NCBI GenBank assembly: GCA_963755125.1
Contig: CAVWIP010000012.1
Span: 150,602 to 214,601, forward strand
DNA: 64,000 nt
Direction: 5' to 3'
Source of the DNA: an uncultured delta proteobacterium
GTDB lineage: Bacteria; Myxococcota_A; Polyangia; Fen-1088
Positions 58,291 to 64,000 of this stretch are shown here, piece by piece (the first letter of the stretch is position 1; each line of letters begins with the position of its first letter). The notes beneath the pieces are model-generated. The model searched no databases. It worked only from the letters and a program-made list of their open reading frames with translations, and was not told where the DNA came from. The position numbers were made by a program, and so were the translations under genes.

Positions 58291-59910
58291 TTGAGACGAA
58301 GGAGACTGACCGTCGAGATCTCCGGGCTGGTCGGGGCCGGCGGCGGTTCGCGTTGGCGGCCTCGTTTTCCGTCAGGAATCACCCTCCTGGCTCTGGTGGC
58401 CGGGTTGATCTTTGGCGGCTGCTGGCTTCTCGATGCCTACTGGCTCGGCGAGAGAACCGGCCCGTCCCAGCACCTGGGCCCGCTGCAGCTCCTGCTCGAC
58501 CTGGATGCGGGAACCCTGCAAAACGAGTTGGGCGCCCTCGCCCAGATCATCGTCGCAGTTCTCGGCATCGCCATCACCGTGGTTTCCATCGTGGTCCAAC
58601 TGGCTGCGACCCGCTACAGCCCCCGTATCGCGGACATGTTCTTCCGCGACAAGACCAACCTGGCCATCATGGGATTCTTCGTGGTGGCCTGTCTCAACGC
58701 AGTCTGGGTCACGTTGGCGGTCAGCAGCAACTACGTCCCGCGCGCTACCATCGTGATGACCCTGACGATGACGAGCGCCAGCGTTTTGCTGCTCATCCCT
58801 TACTTCGCCTACGTATTCGACTTCCTCGACCCCGGCAAGGTGATCGTACGTATCGGCCAGCATGTGCTCGATGCGGCCTTGGGCCGTCGGGTGGGCCGCA
58901 AGGCCGCGCACGACTTGGCCGCGCGCCAGGCCATGAGTATCGGCGCGATGGAACATCTTTCCGATGTCGCCGTCAATGCCGTTGCTCAGAAGGATAAGAT
59001 TATCGCCTCCCACGCCACCGCAGCCCTGCGCGAGGCCGTGGTCCGCTACCAGCTCATCAAGGCGAGCCTGCCCGTCGAATGGTTTGCCGTGGGCCCCCGC
59101 ATTCGCAGCAACCCTGACTTCATTGCCATGGAGCCGGAGTCACTGCGCGAGATGGAGCGCGAGCGACTGTGGTTCGAATGGAAGGTGCTGCGCCACTTTC
59201 GCAGCGTCTTTGCCGAGTCGCTCAACCATCTTTCCGAGATGGCGCACGTGGTGGCCATCGAGACCCGCTACGTAGGCGAGGCGGCCCTGCAGCGCGATGA
59301 TCGCGCCGTGGTTGCGGTCGTGGTGAAGTACTTCAACACCTACCTGCGCGGGGCGCTCAACAGCCACGATGTGCGCGCTTGCTACAACATCCTCAACCAA
59401 TACCGTCTGCTGGCCGAGCTTCTGCTTCGGCAGGGCGGGTCCGATCTGGCGCTGGGTATTGCGCGCCACTTTGCCTACTATGGCCAGGTCGCCCGCGGCG
59501 CCGGGATGGGATTCGTCACCGAGACTTCGGCCCACGATCTGGGCGCGTTGTGCGAGCGCGCCTTCGAGCTTGCCTCTCCAGCGCATGACGCCATGCTGGG
59601 GATCTTTCTGGAAGTGGACAAGGAGGCCGAAACCACGTCTGACGAGAAGGCCCTGCGGGGCGTGCGCAAGGCTCAGGTTAAACTGGCTACCTACTACTTG
59701 GTCCGTGGGGCCGACGCCTACGCAGAGCGCATCTGCGACGACATGCGCTCGGAGAGCCCCGAGCGCCTCGCCTCGATTCGTGCCGAGATGCTTCGCATCC
59801 ACGCCAAGGACTTCTGGGAGGTCACGGATCGCGGCGTCAATTTCGACTACCTGGACGATTCCCGCAAGGAAAAGCTCGACCAGTTCTTCGACGGTCTAAG
59901 TTTGAGGTAG
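58291..59910 (+). CDS. Membrane protein with four N-terminal TM helices and a large cytoplasmic domain (DUF2254-like), hypothetical
   Basis: Putative TTG start at 58291 after ggggag. TM helices ITLLALVAGLIFGGCWLL, IIVAVLGIAITVVSIVVQLAA, LAIMGFFVVACLNAVWVTLAV and VMTLTMTSASVLLLIPYFAYVF. The start is uncertain. Confidence 0.5.
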   Translation: MRRRRLTVEISGLVGAGGGSRWRPRFPSGITLLALVAGLIFGGCWLLDAYWLGERTGPSQHLGPLQLLLDLDAGTLQNELGALAQIIVAVLGIAITVVSIVVQLAATRYSPRIADMFFRDKTNLAIMGFFVVACLNAVWVTLAVSSNYVPRATIVMTLTMTSASVLLLIPYFAYVFDFLDPGKVIVRIGQHVLDAALGRRVGRKAAHDLAARQAMSIGAMEHLSDVAVNAVAQKDKIIASHATAALREAVVRYQLIKASLPVEWFAVGPRIRSNPDFIAMEPESLREMERERLWFEWKVLRHFRSVFAESLNHLSEMAHVVAIETRYVGEAALQRDDRAVVAVVVKYFNTYLRGALNSHDVRACYNILNQYRLLAELLLRQGGSDLALGIARHFAYYGQVARGAGMGFVTETSAHDLGALCERAFELASPAHDAMLGIFLEVDKEAETTSDEKALRGVRKAQVKLATYYLVRGADAYAERICDDMRSESPERLASIRAEMLRIHAKDFWEVTDRGVNFDYLDDSRKEKLDQFFDGLSLR

Positions 59911-59936
59911 ACTACTCATTTACAGATGACTCCACG

Positions 59937-61565
59937 ATGACGGTTGACCTGGGCATTTCCGTTGACGACTCGGCCGAGGACGCTGGTTCCGCGGGCCAGC
60001 GGTTCGGATTCACACTGAGCACCGAAAGCCCACGCATCCTGGTCGTTGACGACGAGCGTGTAATTCGCGAGATGCTGTCGGACTTCCTCGGCCTCGAGGG
60101 TTACGTCGTGCGCACCGTGGAGGACGGCGTGCAGGCTTTGGAGGAACTGCAGCGGCGCAGCTACAACCTCGTCATCTCGGATCTGAAGATGCCCAACATG
60201 AGTGGCCTCGAGTTGATCGAGAAGATCACCGAGTTGGGGATTCCCGTGCTGACCGTCATCATGACTGGATTCGGCACGGTCGAGACTGCCATCGAAGCAA
60301 TGAAGCACGGTGCCTACGACTACGTGCTCAAGCCCTTTCGCGTAGAGGAGGTCGTCCACACGGTGCAGCGTGGACTCGACCGGCAGCGCCTGCAGCACGA
60401 GAACCTGCGCCTCAAAGATGCCCTGTCCATCTATAAAATCAGCGAGGCCATCGCGACCTCGCTTTCAGTCGAGCGGGTGCTTGATCTGGTCCTCGATGCG
60501 GTGCTCGATGCAGTCAGTGCCGACGTGGCCAATCTGCTGCTGGAAAAGCCGCAGCCCGACCGCCGTCCCGGCGATCCGCTAGGGCCATTCGTCGAGCACG
60601 CGCGCAAGGTGTCGCCACGCTTCGGGCCGGCAGACACGGCGCCACCCCTGAACTTCGCCGAGGTTTTCCCGCTGTTTCAGGAGGACAAGCCCCTGCTCGC
60701 GCATGGCGCCCGCGCGCACCGCTTCTTGCTCGGCCCACCTGAAAAGCGCCTGGTCAGCTTCTGTTCCATCCCGCTCAAGCTCAAGGGACGCATCATCGGC
60801 ATGCTGAGCGCGTACAGCTACAGCAAGGGCGCCAAGTTCAGCGAAGGCCAGCGCAAGATGCTCTATGTGCTCGGCAGTCGCGCCGCCGTATCCATCGAGA
60901 ACGCACGTCTGTACGAGAGCCTGGTCGACACCAACAAGGATCTCAGCCTGGCCAATGTCTCGCTGGAGGAGAACTTTCGTCAGACCATCATCGGCTTTGC
61001 CCACGCTCTGGAAGAGTCGGATCGCTACACCCGCGGCCATTCGGAGCGCGTTTCGACCTACGCGCGCCTCATCGCAATGGGCATGCGCATGCCCGAGGCG
61101 GAGATCGAGACCATCGTAAAGGTCGGCCTCTTGCACGACGTGGGCAAGATCGGCATTCGCAACGATCGGCTCAACAAGCCGGGCAAGCTCACGCCGGAAG
61201 AGTTGGCCATGTTTCGCTCGCACCCGGCCAAGGGCAAGCGCATCCTGGAGCCGATCCCGTTCATGCGCGACATCGTGCCCGGTTGCTACTGTCACCATGA
61301 GGCGTGGGACGGCTCCGGCTACCCCCAGGGCCTGCGCGCTGACCGAATCCCGCTCATCGGTCGCATCGTTGCAGTGGCAGACGCCTACGACGCCATGACC
61401 ACCGACCGCGCCTATCGGCAGGCCCTGCCACACGCGATCGCGTGTGGCGAGCTTGAGCGCTGCAGCGGCACGCAATTCGACCCCGAGATCGTGCGCGTGT
61501 TCCTGGCGCATATCGAGGAGCACAGGAAGCTCGAGCTTTTGGCCGGCCACAGCCTTCCACGCTGA
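59937..61565 (+). CDS. Response regulator with REC - GAF - HD-GYP domains, a putative c-di-GMP phosphodiesterase (RpfG-like)
   Basis: REC domain: ILVVDDERVIREML...LVISDLKMPNMSGLEL...KHGAYDYVLKP. GAF domain in the middle. HD-GYP domain: LLHDVGKIGI...HHEAWDGSGYPQGL. Confidence 0.85.
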   Translation: MTVDLGISVDDSAEDAGSAGQRFGFTLSTESPRILVVDDERVIREMLSDFLGLEGYVVRTVEDGVQALEELQRRSYNLVISDLKMPNMSGLELIEKITELGIPVLTVIMTGFGTVETAIEAMKHGAYDYVLKPFRVEEVVHTVQRGLDRQRLQHENLRLKDALSIYKISEAIATSLSVERVLDLVLDAVLDAVSADVANLLLEKPQPDRRPGDPLGPFVEHARKVSPRFGPADTAPPLNFAEVFPLFQEDKPLLAHGARAHRFLLGPPEKRLVSFCSIPLKLKGRIIGMLSAYSYSKGAKFSEGQRKMLYVLGSRAAVSIENARLYESLVDTNKDLSLANVSLEENFRQTIIGFAHALEESDRYTRGHSERVSTYARLIAMGMRMPEAEIETIVKVGLLHDVGKIGIRNDRLNKPGKLTPEELAMFRSHPAKGKRILEPIPFMRDIVPGCYCHHEAWDGSGYPQGLRADRIPLIGRIVAVADAYDAMTTDRAYRQALPHAIACGELERCSGTQFDPEIVRVFLAHIEEHRKLELLAGHSLPR

Positions 61566-61675
61566 GGCCGACCGCGGCCTTCGAGGTTCCGCGCTGAGCG
61601 GGCTGGCGGTGAAGTGGTAGGACGGCGCATGCCCGAATAGCGTATCAGGCGACAAACTTCACCCCGGCGCACAAA

Positions 61676-61706
61676 GAAAAACCCCGAGGCCGAAGCCCCG
61701 GGGTTT
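61676..61706. terminator. Bidirectional rho-independent terminator between convergent genes
   Basis: The sequence aaaaaCCCCGaggccgaagccCCGGGGttt has a GC stem flanked by an A-tract on the 5' side and a T-tract on the 3' side, about 110 nt after the HD-GYP stop and about 40 nt after the minus-strand stop at 61745. Confidence 0.5.
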
Positions 61707-61744
61707 CACTAGATGATGCTGTCTAGCTCTTAGCTAGGCTTGCC

Positions 61745-64000
61745 CTATGGGCCACCGACCGACATCGCTACGCTTGCCGTGTTGTTCGCGGTCCCGTCCG
61801 TCACGGTGAGCGAGGCGGTCTGTGCGGTAGTAGTGGAGACGGTTCCGATGAACGTCACCGTAACCGTGCAATTACCGGTGCTGAGGGGTGTTCCGTAGCA
61901 GGTGTCGTCGGTTATTGCGAATGCGGTAGCGTTCGTTCCACCGAGGGCCTCCCGGAGGAGTTTGGTCACCTGGCTGCTATTGGCGTTGGTCACAGTGAAG
62001 CTGGCGCTGGGCGGCGTTCCGGCAAGCACCACCGGATTAGTGTTGGAGTTCGGACTGATCGACAGGTCCGACAGACCGGTGCCGGTCAGGGTCACGGGGT
62101 TCGGTGTTGCACCGGCCACAGACACGTTCGTCGTCATCGCTCCCGCTGCCAGCGGAGCGAAATCGATCACGAGCGAACACGAGTTGACTGATCCAGGATT
62201 GGGAGTAGGCAACGCTACGTAGCCTCCACTGGGGTTAATGCAGGTACTGCTCGGATCGACTGCGAAGTTGGTCGAATCCGACAATTGGACCTGCAGAGGA
62301 GTGGAGGTCTGTCGGGTAACCACCGTATCTCCACCCGAGCCGTTGGTGACAATAATGGTGAGGGCCGTCGTCGGCACACCAACTTGCGTGCTGCCGAAGT
62401 TGGTCGAACTCGGCGGGGTCACGACGAGGCTCACCGGATTGACGACCTCTGCCTGCAGGGAGTAGGTTTCTAGAGAAGTCTCCCCGCTTCCGCCGGTCGC
62501 GGTATCCACCGCCTGAACCGAAAGACCCACATTCGGCCCGAGCACGGAAGTGAGTTGAGAATTCACCACCACCGTGCAGGTCCCACCCGCTGCCAGTGCA
62601 GTGGTTCCGGTTCCGCAGGTCGAGGTTCCGACGGTGGCGAATGTCGAGGTTCCAGTCAATTTCAGGCTGGGAGCGCCAGCCGTGGGGGCTTGACCGACGT
62701 TGCTGATTGTGAACGTCAACGACGGTGTCTGACCCACGAGGATCTGGCCGAAGTCAACAAAGAAGGCCGGCGTCACCCCGGTGATAGTGACCGCGCTGGT
62801 GGCAGTTGCGCTGAGCTGGAGCTGGGCAGGCTGCTGAACCTGGCCGAGGACGCCCAGGATATTACCCTGGGGGCCGCTCACCGCTGCCCAGCGATCGCGC
62901 GTCCCAGTTCCAACCCAACTCATGGGCTTGAATGTCACGGCAAAGGTGCAGAATCCAGCCGGTGCAAGATTCCCTGTGCCGCAAGCGACACCGGCGCCAG
63001 TGGTCGTCGCCTTGGTCAGAGTGAAGTCCCCCTCCGACCCTCCGATCCCTGGTGCAAACGCGATCGCGGCACCTGCAAACGTCGTGGCATCACTGCCCAG
63101 AGCCACGTTGGCGGTCGTGTTGTTGTAGAGCACGAAGTACGCGGTCGTCCCCGTGGTCGAGCCCACAGCGGTGGTCCCTGCGAAGGTATAGAAGGAATTC
63201 GTTCCGCCGACGGGTTGGGCATATACGCTGTTCGAAGTAGCGATCCCGGTGCCCTGCAGGTTCACGTTGACAGCGGCGATAGCCTGGCCGAAGAGGCTCA
63301 GAACTGCCGTTTGCAGTCCAGCGGCCGCCGTCGGGGTGAACTGGACGTTCACGCTACACGTAGCACTCGGAGCAAGCGATCCAACGGTAGTGCAGGTTCC
63401 CGGGTTCTCCGCCAGCGAGAACTGGGTGCCGGTCTGCACCCATGTGGTTTGCAGGCCGACGGCAGGCACCTGACCCAAGTTGGTGAACCACAGGGTGAGT
63501 ATGCCTGAGTTTGTACTAACCGGCGCGCTACCGAAATCGATGGACCCGACGGGGGCGGTGGGGCTGCCCAGATCGCCGAAGCCGTACAAAGCGAGCGTAG
63601 CCGGCTTGACAGTGGTGGCCGTGAGCGCCAGGGGCGCAGAGACACCGGTCGGACCGCCCGTGAAGGTGATGCCGGTCGCAACCGGGCCAGTAACACTGGC
63701 GCCGGTAAACACCAGTGTCATCTGGCAGGACGCGCCGCCAGCCAGGACAGTGCCAACGTTGCATGCACTGCTAGTCACCGTGAAGCCCGTCGGAAGTGAC
63801 CCGGCCAGAGCCAAGCTTGCCGCAGTTGCCGCGGTTGCGCCGTTGTTGGTTATCGTGAAGGTCTCTGGCATCTGGGCACCCGTCGCCACATTGCCAAAGG
63901 CGAGTGTCTGGGCGTTGTTGTTCTTCGGGTCGAGAGAGATTGCCGCGCCCGAGAGCGTGAGCTGCGCAGTGGCCGTTCCCTGGATTGGAACAGTGGCCAA
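61745..64000 (-). CDS. C-terminal >751 aa of a very large repetitive secreted/surface protein (Ig-like 'choice-of-anchor D'-type repeats). The N-terminus lies beyond the right window edge.
   Basis: Gly/Thr/Ala/Ser-rich repeats of about 100 aa, with paired Cys, recurring ...TLTxTNxG....L......G....F......C......G.SC...V.F.P..... No stop codon occurs before position 64000. Confidence 0.7.
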   Translation of the reverse strand: MATVPIQGTATAQLTLSGAAISLDPKNNNAQTLAFGNVATGAQMPETFTITNNGATAATAASLALAGSLPTGFTVTSSACNVGTVLAGGASCQMTLVFTGASVTGPVATGITFTGGPTGVSAPLALTATTVKPATLALYGFGDLGSPTAPVGSIDFGSAPVSTNSGILTLWFTNLGQVPAVGLQTTWVQTGTQFSLAENPGTCTTVGSLAPSATCSVNVQFTPTAAAGLQTAVLSLFGQAIAAVNVNLQGTGIATSNSVYAQPVGGTNSFYTFAGTTAVGSTTGTTAYFVLYNNTTANVALGSDATTFAGAAIAFAPGIGGSEGDFTLTKATTTGAGVACGTGNLAPAGFCTFAVTFKPMSWVGTGTRDRWAAVSGPQGNILGVLGQVQQPAQLQLSATATSAVTITGVTPAFFVDFGQILVGQTPSLTFTISNVGQAPTAGAPSLKLTGTSTFATVGTSTCGTGTTALAAGGTCTVVVNSQLTSVLGPNVGLSVQAVDTATGGSGETSLETYSLQAEVVNPVSLVVTPPSSTNFGSTQVGVPTTALTIIVTNGSGGDTVVTRQTSTPLQVQLSDSTNFAVDPSSTCINPSGGYVALPTPNPGSVNSCSLVIDFAPLAAGAMTTNVSVAGATPNPVTLTGTGLSDLSISPNSNTNPVVLAGTPPSASFTVTNANSSQVTKLLREALGGTNATAFAITDDTCYGTPLSTGNCTVTVTFIGTVSTTTAQTASLTVTDGTANNTASVAMSVGGP

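Overview
High-GC (~67-70%) chromosomal window from a myxobacterium. The taxonomic call rests on a MYXO-CTERM sorting tail, Cys-rich 'putative metal-binding' motifs, and a complete Agl-Glt gliding-motility G1-type gene block. From left to right the window contains the following regions. (1) The 5' part of an orphan type I restriction R-subunit gene (hsdR, frameshifted), fpg, and a translationally coupled pair of an FGE-sulfatase family protein and a MYXO-CTERM secreted protein. (2) A co-directional minus-strand operon: acyl-CoA dehydrogenase -> 2877-aa PfaA-like multi-ACP iterative PKS (KS-AT-KS-ACPx4-KR-DH) -> Sfp-type PPTase -> discoidin-domain membrane protein -> GT22-like mannosyltransferase -> polytopic membrane protein. 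I regard this as a candidate undescribed secondary-lipid or glycolipid system. (3) Small secreted proteins, mak (ROK fructokinase), and rny. (4) A gliding-motility block: gltI/agmK-like 3461-aa TPR giant, gltH-like, gltG/pglI-like (FHA plus AgmX/PglI C-terminus), gltF-like, gltE/aglT-like, gltD/agmU-like, and an extra secreted TPR protein. (5) yraN and the rpsP-KH-rimM-trmD-rplS operon, interrupted by a family of palindromic MITE/REP-like elements, one of which is inserted in-frame inside rimM. (6) A tetraheme c-type cytochrome fusion, a Thr/Ser dehydratase, nadA, a bacterial Fam20-like secretory-kinase homologue, a TlpA-like redoxin, a HEAT-like repeat protein (frameshifted), coaX, a membrane protein, a REC-GAF-HD-GYP regulator, and the 3' part of a very large repetitive surface protein. 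Three apparent single-base frameshifts (hsdR, yraN, HEAT-like gene) suggest either pseudogenisation or homopolymer-type assembly errors. No rRNA, tRNA or CRISPR arrays were recognised.
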